Below are positions 1 through 8,842 of a stretch of DNA of 64,000 nucleotides, in pieces. Every line of letters begins with the position of its first letter. Position 1 is the first letter of the stretch. The notes below the pieces were generated by a model. The model had not been told where the DNA came from. It saw only the letters and a program-made list of their open reading frames with translations, and did not search any database. Location: positions 3,671,166 through 3,735,165 of the forward strand of contig JASGHH010000001.1 in NCBI GenBank assembly GCA_047602415.1, in the 5' to 3' direction. The position numbers and the translations under genes are program-made. Origin of the DNA: Myxococcaceae bacterium (GTDB lineage: Bacteria > Myxococcota > Myxococcia > Myxococcales > Myxococcaceae).

Positions 1-2726
1 CCGCGATCGACTCGTTCGGCCGCGTCGACGTGGTGATCAACAACGCGGGCATTCTCCGCGACGTCAGCTTCCAGAAGATGACGAAAGACGACTGGGATCT
101 GATCTTCAAGGTGCACGTGCTGGGCGCGTTTCGCGTCACCCACGCCGCGTGGCCGTACATGCGCGACCAGAACTACGGCCGCATTCTCTTCACCACCTCG
201 GCCGCCGGCATCTACGGCAACTTCGGCCAGGCGAACTACTCCGCCGCCAAGCTCGGCCTGGTCGGCCTCACCCAGACGCTGGCGCTCGAGGGCGACAAGC
301 GCAACATCAAGGTGAACGCGATCGCGCCGATCGCCGGCTCGCGCATGACCGAGACGGTGCTCCCGAAGGAGCTGCTCGAGTCGCTCAAGCCCGAGTACGT
401 CTCACCGCTGGTGGCGTACCTCGCGCACGAGCAGTGCACCGAGAACGGCGGCACCTTCGAGGTCGGTGGCGGCTTCTACGCCAAACTCCGCTGGGAGCGC
501 GCCGAGGGCAAGACCTTCAAGCTCGGCCGCGACATCACCCCCGAGCTGATCCAAGGCAACTGGGACCAGATCCGCTCCTTCGAGCACACCACTCACCCGG
601 CCAACGTCACCGAGTCGATGGGCCCGGTGGTCTCGAACCTGTCGTCGAAGTCGAAGGGCGGCAACGAGTTCATCGACGTCGACCAGGCGCTCGGCTTCGA
701 GATGGAGTCGGCCGACTCGCAGTACGACGAGCGCGACCTGGCGCTCTATGCGTTGGGTGTCGGCGCGGGCAAGAACCCGACCGACGAGAACGATCTCCAC
801 CTCACCTACGAGCGCAACTCCGACGGCTTCTACGCGCTGCCGACCTACGGCGTGATCCCGGCGATCAACTCGATGCTGAAGCTGGCGGCGGAGGGCAAGG
901 CGGCGCCCGGCCTCAACTACGGCCTCGACCGCATTCTCCACGGCGAGCAGTACACCGAGGTGCTCAAGCCGCTGCCTCCGTCGGCGCAGCTGAAGCACAA
1001 GGGCAAGATTTCGGAGATCTGGGACAAGGGCAAGCACGCGGTCGTCGTCACCCACATCGACACCTTCGACGCGAAGACCGGCGAGCTGCTGGTGAAGAAC
1101 GACGTCTCGATGGTGGTGCGCGGCGCCGGCGGTTGGGGCGGCGAGCGTGGGCCCCAGGGCGAAGCGAACGATCCGCCGTCGCGCGCCCCTGACGCGGTGG
1201 TGCAAGAGAAGACGACCGCCGACCAGGCGCTGCTCTACCGGTTGTCGGGCGACTGGAACCCGCTCCACGTCGACCCGCAGTTCGCCACCATGTTCGGCTT
1301 CGACAAGCCGATCCTCCACGGGCTCTGCACCTTCGGCTACGTCGGCCGGGCGGTGATCAACTCGTTCTGCAAGGGCGACCCGCGGCTGTTCAAGAGCATC
1401 AAGGTTCGGTTCGCCGACTCGGTGTACCCGGGTGAGACGATCAAGACCGAGATGTGGAAAGAGAAGGACCGGATCATTCTGCGCGCCACCTCGGTGGAGC
1501 GGAACAAGCCGGTGATCACCAACGCGGCGGTGTTCCTCTACGACGCGATCCCGACCGGGAAGCGGGTCGAAGCGCCCAAGGCGGCGGCGGTCGCCGCGGC
1601 TCCGGTGGTGACCTCCGACCTGATCTTCAAGGCGATCGGCGCGTACCTCGGCGCGCACCCCGAGCTGGTGAAGCAGGTCGGCACCGTCTACCAGTTCAAC
1701 CTCAAGAACCCGGCCAGCGCGTACACGATTGACCTGAAGAACGGCGCCGCTGGCACGGTGAGCCCGGGCACGGCGAAGGCCGACTGCACGCTCGAGCTGA
1801 CCGACGCCGACTGGCTCGACATGACCTCGGGCAAGGCCGACCCGCAGAAGCTGTTCATGAGCGGCAAGCTGAAGATCACCGGCAACGTGATGGCGTCGCA
1901 GAAGCTGGAGTTCCTCAAGAAGATCGACCGCAAGGAGATTGAGGGCGCGCTCGCGGGCGCTCCGGCGGCGGCTTCGGCTCCGGCAGCTGAAGCGGCGGCG
2001 GCGATCACCTCGGGAGCGATCTTCCAGGCGATCGGCGCTTACCTGGGCTCGCACCCCGAGCTGGTGAAGCAGGTGAACACCGTCTACCAGTTCAACCTGA
2101 AGAACCCGGCGAGCGCCTACGTGCTCGACCTGAAGACGGGCGCGACCGGCACGGTGGCGGCGGGCAACGCGGCGAAGGCCGACTGCACGCTCGAGCTGTC
2201 CGACGCCGACTGGCTCGACATGACCAGCGGCAAGGCCGACCCGCAGAAGCTGTTCATGAGCGGCAAGCTGAAGATCACCGGCAACGTGATGGCCTCGCAG
2301 AAGCTCGAGTTCTTGAAGAAGCTCGACAAGGGCGAGGTCGAGGCGGCGATGAAGAAGGCTCCGGCGGCTGGTGCGCCGGCGGCGGCGTCTTCGTCGGCTC
2401 CGGCTTCGGCGAACGCGCCCAAGGTGCTGGCGGCGTTGAAGGAGCGCCTCGGCAAGAGCCCGCAGCTGGCGAAGGAAGTGAACGCGGTGGTCGTGTTCAA
2501 GGTGAAGGACCCCGACGCGATCTTCGTGGGCGACTTCGTCAAAGGCGAGGTGCGCGACGGCGCGGCCGAGAAGCCGAACCTCACCCTGACGATGACCGAC
2601 GAGGTGCTCACTCAGCTGGCGAAGGGCGAGCAGTCACTGAAGGAGCTCTACATGCACGGCGCGATTCGGGCCGACGGCGACATCTTGATCGCGCAGCGGC
2701 TCGGGCTCCTGAAGCAGCTGATCTGA
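1..2726 (+). CDS. Multifunctional beta-oxidation enzyme type-2-like protein: SDR 3-hydroxyacyl-CoA dehydrogenase domain, MaoC-like enoyl-CoA hydratase domain and three C-terminal SCP2 sterol-carrier domains; 5' end runs off the window edge
   Basis: ORF 30..2726 continues open to position 3. SDR motifs (NNAG, YSAAK), a MaoC hot-dog region (LSGDWNPLHVD), and three SCP2-like segments with the KLKITGN/MASQKLEF signature. High GC3 codon usage. Confidence 0.85.
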   Translation, partial: AIDSFGRVDVVINNAGILRDVSFQKMTKDDWDLIFKVHVLGAFRVTHAAWPYMRDQNYGRILFTTSAAGIYGNFGQANYSAAKLGLVGLTQTLALEGDKRNIKVNAIAPIAGSRMTETVLPKELLESLKPEYVSPLVAYLAHEQCTENGGTFEVGGGFYAKLRWERAEGKTFKLGRDITPELIQGNWDQIRSFEHTTHPANVTESMGPVVSNLSSKSKGGNEFIDVDQALGFEMESADSQYDERDLALYALGVGAGKNPTDENDLHLTYERNSDGFYALPTYGVIPAINSMLKLAAEGKAAPGLNYGLDRILHGEQYTEVLKPLPPSAQLKHKGKISEIWDKGKHAVVVTHIDTFDAKTGELLVKNDVSMVVRGAGGWGGERGPQGEANDPPSRAPDAVVQEKTTADQALLYRLSGDWNPLHVDPQFATMFGFDKPILHGLCTFGYVGRAVINSFCKGDPRLFKSIKVRFADSVYPGETIKTEMWKEKDRIILRATSVERNKPVITNAAVFLYDAIPTGKRVEAPKAAAVAAAPVVTSDLIFKAIGAYLGAHPELVKQVGTVYQFNLKNPASAYTIDLKNGAAGTVSPGTAKADCTLELTDADWLDMTSGKADPQKLFMSGKLKITGNVMASQKLEFLKKIDRKEIEGALAGAPAAASAPAAEAAAAITSGAIFQAIGAYLGSHPELVKQVNTVYQFNLKNPASAYVLDLKTGATGTVAAGNAAKADCTLELSDADWLDMTSGKADPQKLFMSGKLKITGNVMASQKLEFLKKLDKGEVEAAMKKAPAAGAPAAASSSAPASANAPKVLAALKERLGKSPQLAKEVNAVVVFKVKDPDAIFVGDFVKGEVRDGAAEKPNLTLTMTDEVLTQLAKGEQSLKELYMHGAIRADGDILIAQRLGLLKQLI
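1609..2340 (+). repeat. Near-identical tandem duplication (about 390 bp x2, roughly 90% identity) encoding two SCP2 domains inside the MFE-2 gene
   Basis: Direct comparison of 1609-1950 with 2002-2340. Long identical runs such as gccgactgcacgctcgagctg...gactggctcgacatgacc...ccgcagaagctgttcatgagcggcaagctgaagatcaccggcaacgtgatgg. Confidence 0.75.
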
Positions 2727-2763
2727 AAACCTCCACACACCAACTTCGAAAGAGAGAACTCAA

Positions 2764-3945
2764 ATGGGACGCAGAGTGAACGTGATTGGCGTGGGGATGG
2801 TGAAGTTTCAGAAGCCGGGCGCTTCTGACCCCTACGAGGTGATGGCCGGCAGCGCGATCAAAGACGCGATGAAGGACGCCGGCGTCGACTTCAAGGAGGT
2901 CGAGCAGGCGTACGCGGGCTACGTGTACGGCGACTCGACCTGCGGTGAGCGCGCGGTCTACGGCGTCGGGCTGACCGGCATTCCGGTGCTCAACGTGAAC
3001 AACAACTGCTCCACCGGCTCGTCGGCGCTCTACCTGGCGCGGCAGGCGGTCGAGGGCGGCATCGCGGAGTGTGTGCTCGCCGTCGGCTTCGAGCAGATGG
3101 AGAAAGGCGCGCTCAACTCGAAGTACACCGACCGCACCAACCCGCTCGATCAGCACGTCAACGTGATGAACAAGGTGCAGGGCTTCAACTCGGCACCTCC
3201 GGCGGCGCAGATGTTCGGCGGCGCGGGCCGCGAGTACCGGTGGAAGTACGGCACCAAGCGCGAGACCTTCGCCAAGATCTCCGAGAAGGCGCGCAAGCAC
3301 GCCTCGAAGAACCCGTACGCGCTGTTCCGCGAAGTGCTGAGCGTGGACCAGATTCTGGCGAGCGACGAGGTGTTCGACCCGCTCACCCGCTTCCAGTGCT
3401 GCCCGCCGACCTGCGGCGCGGCGGCGGCGATCGTCTGCTCCGACGAGTTCGCGAAGAAGAAGGGCATCTCGAAGCCGGTGTTCATCGCCGCGCAGTCGAT
3501 GAAGAGCGACTTCCCGACCGCGTTCGAAGACTCGATGATCAAGATGTGCGGCTTCGACATGGCGGCCGCGGCGGCGAAAGAAGCGTACGAGAAGGCCGGC
3601 GTGGGCCCGAAAGACGTCGACGTGATCGAGCTCCACGACTGCTTCACCGCCAACGAGCTGCTCACCTATGAGGCGCTCGGGCTGGCGGCCGAGGGCACCG
3701 CCGAGAAGATGGTCTGGGACAACGACAACACCTACGGCGGCAAGTGGGTGACCAACCCGTCGGGCGGTCTGCTCTCGAAGGGCCACCCGCTCGGGGCCAC
3801 CGGGCTCGCGCAGTGCACCGAGCTGGTGTGGCACCTCCGCGGTCAGGCGGGCGAGCGCCAGGTGCCGAACGCGAAGGTCGCGTTGCAGCACAACATCGGG
3901 CTCGGCGGCAGCTGCGTGGTGACGATCTACAAGCGCACGGCGTGA
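2764..3945 (+). CDS. SCPx-type (nonspecific lipid-transfer protein) 3-ketoacyl-CoA thiolase
   Basis: 393 aa, thiolase fold with active-site Cys context (NNNCSTGSSAL) and C-terminal GHPLGATG. RBS-like gagag upstream. Immediately downstream of MFE-2. Confidence 0.85.
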   Translation: MGRRVNVIGVGMVKFQKPGASDPYEVMAGSAIKDAMKDAGVDFKEVEQAYAGYVYGDSTCGERAVYGVGLTGIPVLNVNNNCSTGSSALYLARQAVEGGIAECVLAVGFEQMEKGALNSKYTDRTNPLDQHVNVMNKVQGFNSAPPAAQMFGGAGREYRWKYGTKRETFAKISEKARKHASKNPYALFREVLSVDQILASDEVFDPLTRFQCCPPTCGAAAAIVCSDEFAKKKGISKPVFIAAQSMKSDFPTAFEDSMIKMCGFDMAAAAAKEAYEKAGVGPKDVDVIELHDCFTANELLTYEALGLAAEGTAEKMVWDNDNTYGGKWVTNPSGGLLSKGHPLGATGLAQCTELVWHLRGQAGERQVPNAKVALQHNIGLGGSCVVTIYKRTA

Positions 3946-4025
3946 TCCAAGACGAAGCAGGTGGGCACAGCTTCCGGTCCTTCGAGCCGTTCTGGGAGGG
4001 ACCGGCCCACAACTCGCTTCTGGAC

Positions 4026-4571
4026 GTGAGCGCGGACGCGCGCAGGAACATCGAGCGGCTGATGGACCTGCTCGATGCCTGCGCCGACCCGTTGCCCGAG
4101 CTGCAGGCGATGCTCTCTGAAGTGAACTGGCGCCCGCAGCTCGTCGCTGCGGTTGCGATGTTGTGTTGCCGGCCGGAGCAGCGGCCGGTGGATGCGCTGT
4201 GGCGTGCGATGGACGACGGCAGTTGGGTCTCCCCACAGCTCGCGGTCGTCGCCTCGGCGGTCGACCCCGGCTTCCTCGAACAGGCCCGGCGCAGAATCGA
4301 AGCGCGCTGCCCGATCTCCGAGCGGCTCTCTGGGATCCCGTGGGAGATGCGCCACTCCGCGGCCGGCCCGGGCAGCGTCGTCGGCCACTCGGCGAAGTTG
4401 CTCTCGTCACTGGTGGCGGTGGTCGGGCATTCGGCGGCGCCGCCGGCCTGGTTTGCCCAGCAGCGCGACGATGCCGAGGTGAAGGCGATGATCGCCTCCG
4501 ATCTCGATCGCGGTGGGTTCCTTGCGCTCGATTGGCTCGCCCGGCTGCACGCGCTGCGCAACGAACGCTGA
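4026..4571 (+). CDS. Hypothetical protein (start uncertain; GTG 4026 or ATG 4062)
   Basis: Open frame with high GC3 after the thiolase stop. The annotated 5' extension from 3744 overlaps the thiolase and is rejected. Confidence 0.4.
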   Translation: MSADARRNIERLMDLLDACADPLPELQAMLSEVNWRPQLVAAVAMLCCRPEQRPVDALWRAMDDGSWVSPQLAVVASAVDPGFLEQARRRIEARCPISERLSGIPWEMRHSAAGPGSVVGHSAKLLSSLVAVVGHSAAPPAWFAQQRDDAEVKAMIASDLDRGGFLALDWLARLHALRNER

Positions 4572-4689
4572 ACCGCGATCAGAGATGCGCCGCTTGTGCG
4601 CGGAGCCGACTCGCGTTTCTGACGCTCGTGGATCAGACGAGCGGGTGGGCGTGAATCGCATCAGGCCGCGGCGTTACGATCGTTCGATC

Positions 4690-4971
4690 ATGATCGACAC
4701 CAACGAAGTTCAACGAGGCCGTGAGGCGCAGTACCGCGAGATGATGAACGCGCTCTCTTCGCTCGAGGGCCACTACGGCGGGGTGCGCGGCGCGCTGCTG
4801 AAGAAGGTGCGCAGCGAGCTCGAGAAGCTGGAGCCCAAGAGCGGCTTGAGCCTGGTGACCACCACCGCCGAGGCGACCGCGCAGACCTGCCGCGCGTGCG
4901 GGCGCGAGCTGAAGCGCACCGGCACCGACGGCACCCTGGTCTGCATGAACGGTCACCGCGCGGTGGGCTGA
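4690..4971 (+). CDS. Small zinc-ribbon protein (CxxC...C..H), hypothetical
   Basis: ATG at 4690 (MIDTNEVQ...), C-terminal CRACGRELKRTGTDGTLVCMNGH. Confidence 0.45.
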   Translation: MIDTNEVQRGREAQYREMMNALSSLEGHYGGVRGALLKKVRSELEKLEPKSGLSLVTTTAEATAQTCRACGRELKRTGTDGTLVCMNGHRAVG

Positions 4972-5774
4972 AGCTCGATCTGCGGTGGGAACGTGTGGTG
5001 TGGCCGCGGAAAAGTGGCGGCCCAGGCGGCGAGCTCGACCTGGAACGAGATCGGCCGCAGCACGAGAACTTCGATCGCCGCGGCGACGACCCGTAGAACC
5101 ACCCCGACCATTTCGGGCGCATGAATTCTGCCGTGCTTGATGAACGAGGCCGGCCAGCCGATCAGAATCTCTGCCAGCAACAGCACCAGCATCACCAACG
5201 CCAGGCGAAGCCAATGGGGCTTCGTACGCCGCCACGAGTCGCGCAACGTGTCGAGCGGGCCGGTCTTCTCGAGCAACACGATCGGGATCGCCGGCAACAA
5301 GATGCCACCCGCGATCGGAGCTCCGATGCAGGTGCAGAGCATCACGGTGGCCGAGATCTGCTCGACCAGGTTCACCAACATCATCGGGAGCAGCCGGGGC
5401 AACGTTTGCCGCCACGCCACCCGGTGACCCGCGGCACCCCCGAGCAATCGGTTGGCGGCGAAGCGAATTGAAAACGCCTCCGCGATCGAGCCTGCCAGCA
5501 CCGAATACGCGACCAGCCCGTAGACCGGCACGTCCCAGTTCCACATGATCGCTTCGCGCGGCAGGTAGATCAGCAGCACGATCGGCAGCGTCGCCCACCA
5601 GGTGGCGCGCATCGCGCGAAAGGTCGTCTCGAAGATTCCCCCGAACGTCGGTTTGGCTTCTTCGAGAGCTCCACGGGTGAGCTCCATGCACGGCTGGCAG
5701 AGCGACCGCCACTCACTGACCGCCAGTGGAGCAAACGTGCCGCAGCGGGGACAGGGCGTGGCGGCCGGGCTCAC
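4953..5774 (-). CDS. Membrane protein with N-terminal zinc ribbon (CPRCG...CQPC) and about 6 TM helices, hypothetical
   Basis: GTG start at 5774. Hydrophobic segments throughout. The larger overlapping ORF 4633..5712 is Arg-rich and rejected. Confidence 0.55.
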   Translation of the reverse strand: MSPAATPCPRCGTFAPLAVSEWRSLCQPCMELTRGALEEAKPTFGGIFETTFRAMRATWWATLPIVLLIYLPREAIMWNWDVPVYGLVAYSVLAGSIAEAFSIRFAANRLLGGAAGHRVAWRQTLPRLLPMMLVNLVEQISATVMLCTCIGAPIAGGILLPAIPIVLLEKTGPLDTLRDSWRRTKPHWLRLALVMLVLLLAEILIGWPASFIKHGRIHAPEMVGVVLRVVAAAIEVLVLRPISFQVELAAWAATFPRPHHTFPPQIELQPTAR

Positions 5775-5937
5775 GCGGCCAGCAAAGCACGCGCGTTACT
5801 TTTCAGTAATCAGGCCCGAGAGCGGTTTGCGCGCCGCCCGGTTCAGCGTGACAATTTCATCTGTACGCAGAGCCCAACGCCGCCTCGAGCCATGGTGACC
5901 CGGACGACGCAGCTCCACACGTCCGCCTGGGTGCCCA

Positions 5938-6372
5938 ATGAAGCCGGTGATCGAACTGCTGCAGAACAAACCGATTCAGACCATTTTCGCCGTCGAACCC
6001 GAGACGAAGGTGATCGAAGCCGCGCAGATGATGGCCGAGCACAACGTCGGTGCGCTGCTGGTGATGCGCGGTGAGCAGATCGTGGGCATCGTCAGCGAGC
6101 GCGACTACGTGCGCCGCATCGCCGCCTCCGAGCGCTCACCCCACGACACCACCTGCGAGGAGATCATGACCCGCCAGGTGAAGACGGTGACCCCCGACAC
6201 CTCCGACGAAGAGTGCATGGCGCTGATGACCCACGGCCGCCTGCGCCACCTGCCCGTGGTCGCTCAAGGGCAGGTGATCGGGGTGATCTCGATCGGCGAC
6301 CTGGTGAAAGACATCATTCACGAGCAGCAGTTCGTGATCGAGCAGCTCAGCCACTACATCATCGCGGGCTAG
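5938..6372 (+). CDS. CBS-domain pair protein
   Basis: 144 aa with two CBS motifs (VGALLVM..GIVSERD; GRLRHLPVV..GVISIGD). Confidence 0.85.
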   Translation: MKPVIELLQNKPIQTIFAVEPETKVIEAAQMMAEHNVGALLVMRGEQIVGIVSERDYVRRIAASERSPHDTTCEEIMTRQVKTVTPDTSDEECMALMTHGRLRHLPVVAQGQVIGVISIGDLVKDIIHEQQFVIEQLSHYIIAG

Positions 6373-6373
6373 C

Positions 6374-6847
6374 TCAGCGCGCGCACTTGCCGCTGCGGCA
6401 CGAGCCTCCGCCGCAGTCGCGGTCGGAGCCACAGGTGCCGTCGGGCGCGTTGGCGCACTTGCCGCTGCGGCACGAGGCGCCGCCACAGTCGCGGTCGGAG
6501 CCGCACGACGAGCCCGGCGCGGTCGCGCACTTGCCGCTCCGGCAGGCCGCGCCGCCGCAGTCGGAGTCGGAGCCGCAGCTGCCGCCCGCCGCCGCGCACT
6601 TCCCGCTCCGGCACGAACCGCCGTTGCAGTCGCGGTCGGAGCCGCAGGTGCCGTCGGGCGCGTTGGCGCACTTGCCGCTGCGACACGAGGCGCCTCCGCA
6701 GTCGCGGTCGGAGCCACACGACGAGCCGGGCGCGGTGGCGCACTTGCCGCTTCGGCAGGCCACCCCGCCTCCGCAGTCGGAGTCGGACCCGCAATCGGCC
6801 CAGGCGCTCAACGAAAACAACGACATCGCGACGATCAGAGTTTTCAT
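6374..6847 (-). CDS. Secreted cysteine-rich tandem-repeat protein (8 repeats of about 20 aa: CGSDxDCGGxxCRSGKCAxAPxG)
   Basis: Signal peptide MKTLIVAMSLFSLSAWA then 8 near-identical 3-Cys units. The DNA shows about 60/120-bp periodicity. Confidence 0.7.
   Translation of the reverse strand: MKTLIVAMSLFSLSAWADCGSDSDCGGGVACRSGKCATAPGSSCGSDRDCGGASCRSGKCANAPDGTCGSDRDCNGGSCRSGKCAAAGGSCGSDSDCGGAACRSGKCATAPGSSCGSDRDCGGASCRSGKCANAPDGTCGSDRDCGGGSCRSGKCAR
6380..6800. repeat. Coding tandem repeat, about 60-bp unit x8 (120-bp super-period)
   Basis: Repeated gccgctgcggcacgaggcgcc... and gtcgcggtcggagcc... motifs. Both strands give periodic ORFs. Confidence 0.7.
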
Positions 6848-7521
6848 GAAGGCGTTACCCCGGTGGCGCGTTTGATGCGCATGGTTTCGCGCACCGTCAG
6901 CACCATCCACACCATCGAGCCGAACACCGCCAGCTTCTCCAGCACCGGCAGACCGGTGGTGGTCTCGACCCCGCGCATCAGCTGCACCGCGAACACCGCC
7001 ACCGACAAGGCGGTCACCACCAACGTCAGCGCCGCCGCCTTCCAGATCGCCGGCGCAGAGCTGCGAGCGCCATAGTGACCCACGGTGGTGGCGATGATCG
7101 CGGTCAGGCCCGGCACCGCGGCGAGCAGCACCGCGACTCCGTGCACCGCCGCGCCGTACTTGTACGACGGCACCAGCACGATGCCGACCCCGCCGAGCGC
7201 GCAGAGCACGCCGGAGATCGCCACCACCTGCCCCAGCCGTTTACGCTGCGCGAACACCCGTGGCGCGGCGAGAAAGAACGGTGCGAGCGCGATCGAGAAC
7301 GCGACCAGACTCCAGTCGGCGCAGGCGGCTCCGAAGTCGTTGGGCTGGCCGTTGAGCGCCACCGGCCGCTCGAGATCGCAGAAGTAGTTTCGCAGCTGCG
7401 AGTGGCTGGTCTCGTGCGGGTCTTCCCAGGTTCCACCCGGGTAGCTGGCCATCGCGGTGCCCATCAGCCCGCTGAAGGCGAGCAGCGGCACCACCACGGC
7501 GACGGCGAGCAGGCGTTCCAT
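6844..7521 (-). CDS. Polytopic membrane protein, hypothetical; overlaps the start of the Cys-rich repeat gene by 4 nt
   Basis: 225 aa, about 6 hydrophobic helices. Stop overlaps the downstream start (operon). Confidence 0.6.
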   Translation of the reverse strand: MERLLAVAVVVPLLAFSGLMGTAMASYPGGTWEDPHETSHSQLRNYFCDLERPVALNGQPNDFGAACADWSLVAFSIALAPFFLAAPRVFAQRKRLGQVVAISGVLCALGGVGIVLVPSYKYGAAVHGVAVLLAAVPGLTAIIATTVGHYGARSSAPAIWKAAALTLVVTALSVAVFAVQLMRGVETTTGLPVLEKLAVFGSMVWMVLTVRETMRIKRATGVTPS

Positions 7522-7589
7522 TCGGGCCGGGGCAGACTACCTGAAGCTTCGCGGAAATCTGAGGCCGCTCGCACGCCAACCCCGCGAGA

Positions 7590-8492
7590 ATGAGGAGAAC
7601 CATGCAAACTTCGAAGACGCTGTTGCTCGTCGGCACCGCGGTGCTGTGGACCGGCTGTTTCAACCCAAGCAGCGAAGACGGCGGTCAGGGCGGCGGGGGC
7701 AGCGCGACCGGCGGCGGCTCGGCGACGGGCGGCGGCAGTGCGACCGGCGGCGGAGGCTCAGCGACGGGTGGTGGCTCAGCGACCGGCGGAGGCGCGGCGA
7801 CAGGTGGCGGTGCAGCCACGGGCGGTGGTGGAGCCGCGACCGGCGGAGGCAGCGCGACCGGCGGTGGCGGACAGGGCGGCGGCGACGCAGACGCGGGCGC
7901 GTGCTCTCCGAGCTGCACCCAGGGCCGGCTGTGCTGCAACGGCCAGTGCATCAACCCCGACAACGACCCCAACAACTGCGGCAACTGCAACGTGAAGTGC
8001 GACGGCGCCACGCCGTACTGCGGCGGCTCGTGCCAGCCGCTCCCCTGCACGCTCGGCGGCAACAGCTGCTCCAACGACGGCGGCTTCTGCTGCGGCTCGA
8101 CCTGCTGCGGCGCAGGGCAGATCTGCTGCCAGACCGAAGGCCCGCAGAGCGGTGAGCCCGAGTGCTTCACCCCCGACGCCGGCGAGACCACCTGCCCGCA
8201 GGGCTGCGCGCCGCTCTGCGTGTCGGACCGCGAGGTGAAGGTGAACGTCGAGTCCGCCGACGAGCAACAGGTGCTGCAGCGGGTCGCCGCGATGAAGTTC
8301 AGCTCGTACGACGACCGCGGCGCCCACGTCGGCGCGCAGCTCGCCGATCCGATCGACGTGCACGGCACCGCGCTGGCGGCGATCAAGGCGCTCAACCAAC
8401 GGCTCGAAGCGCAGCAGCGCCGGCTCGATCAGCTCGAGGCCGAGCACGCCGCGCTCGAGGCGCAGACCAAGGCGCTGAGCTGCCACCCGTGA
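7590..8492 (+). CDS. Lipoprotein with GGGSAT glycine-rich linker, Cys-rich module and C-terminal intramolecular-chaperone auto-processing domain (peptidase S74 / endosialidase-chaperone-like)
   Basis: Lipobox LWTGC. 9x GGGSAT. C-terminal SDREVKVNV...VLQRVAAMKFSSY...GAHVGAQLADPID...AAIKALNQRLEAQQRRLDQLEA matches the S74 ICA-domain pattern. Confidence 0.7.
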   Translation: MRRTMQTSKTLLLVGTAVLWTGCFNPSSEDGGQGGGGSATGGGSATGGGSATGGGGSATGGGSATGGGAATGGGAATGGGGAATGGGSATGGGGQGGGDADAGACSPSCTQGRLCCNGQCINPDNDPNNCGNCNVKCDGATPYCGGSCQPLPCTLGGNSCSNDGGFCCGSTCCGAGQICCQTEGPQSGEPECFTPDAGETTCPQGCAPLCVSDREVKVNVESADEQQVLQRVAAMKFSSYDDRGAHVGAQLADPIDVHGTALAAIKALNQRLEAQQRRLDQLEAEHAALEAQTKALSCHP

Positions 8493-8842
8493 AGAAGCGC
8501 CTCGCCATCGCAGCGCTCGTCCTCGCCGCCTGCACGGTGAAGCCCGAGCCACGCCCGGTCGACGAGCGGCAGCTGCTGCAGAAGGTCGCGCAGCTGCCGA
8601 TCTCCACCTGGAGCTACCAGTGGCAACCGGAGCGCCGTCACCTCGGCCCGATGGCGCAGGACTTTCACGCCGCGTTCGGCCTCGGCGACAGCGAGCGCAC
8701 CTACGACCCGCGCGACGCCGACGCGGTGACGCTCGCTTCGCTCAAGGCGCTCTCGCAGCTGGCCGACGAGCAGGACCGGCGAATCGCCACGCTGGAAGCA
8801 CAGAACGCAGCTCTGAGAGCGCGACTGGCGGTTGCGAAGTAA
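8489..8842 (+). CDS. Small lipoprotein consisting essentially of a stand-alone intramolecular-chaperone (peptidase S74-like) domain
   Basis: GTG start overlaps the upstream stop (GTGA). Lipobox LAAC. ISTWSYQWQ...HLGPMAQDFHAAFG...ASLKALSQLADEQDRRIATLEAQNAALRARL. Confidence 0.6.
   Translation: MKKRLAIAALVLAACTVKPEPRPVDERQLLQKVAQLPISTWSYQWQPERRHLGPMAQDFHAAFGLGDSERTYDPRDADAVTLASLKALSQLADEQDRRIATLEAQNAALRARLAVAK

Noticed and set aside
149-2054. Large ORFs 149..1192 (+) and 402..2054 (-) overlapping the MFE-2 gene
   Set aside because: Arg/Ala/Pro-rich low-complexity translations typical of alternate frames in about 70% GC DNA. The MFE-2 frame has clear domain content and GC3 bias.
4633-5712. 359-aa minus-strand ORF overlapping several smaller genes
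   Set aside because: Arg/Gly-rich with no domain features. The 4953..5774 frame has a zinc ribbon and TM helices and better codon bias.
6380-6800. Possible CRISPR-like regular repeats
   Set aside because: Repeats are contiguous with no unique spacers and encode the Cys-rich repeat protein. The same applies to the repeats at 13300-14300, 15700-15960 and 19400-20540.
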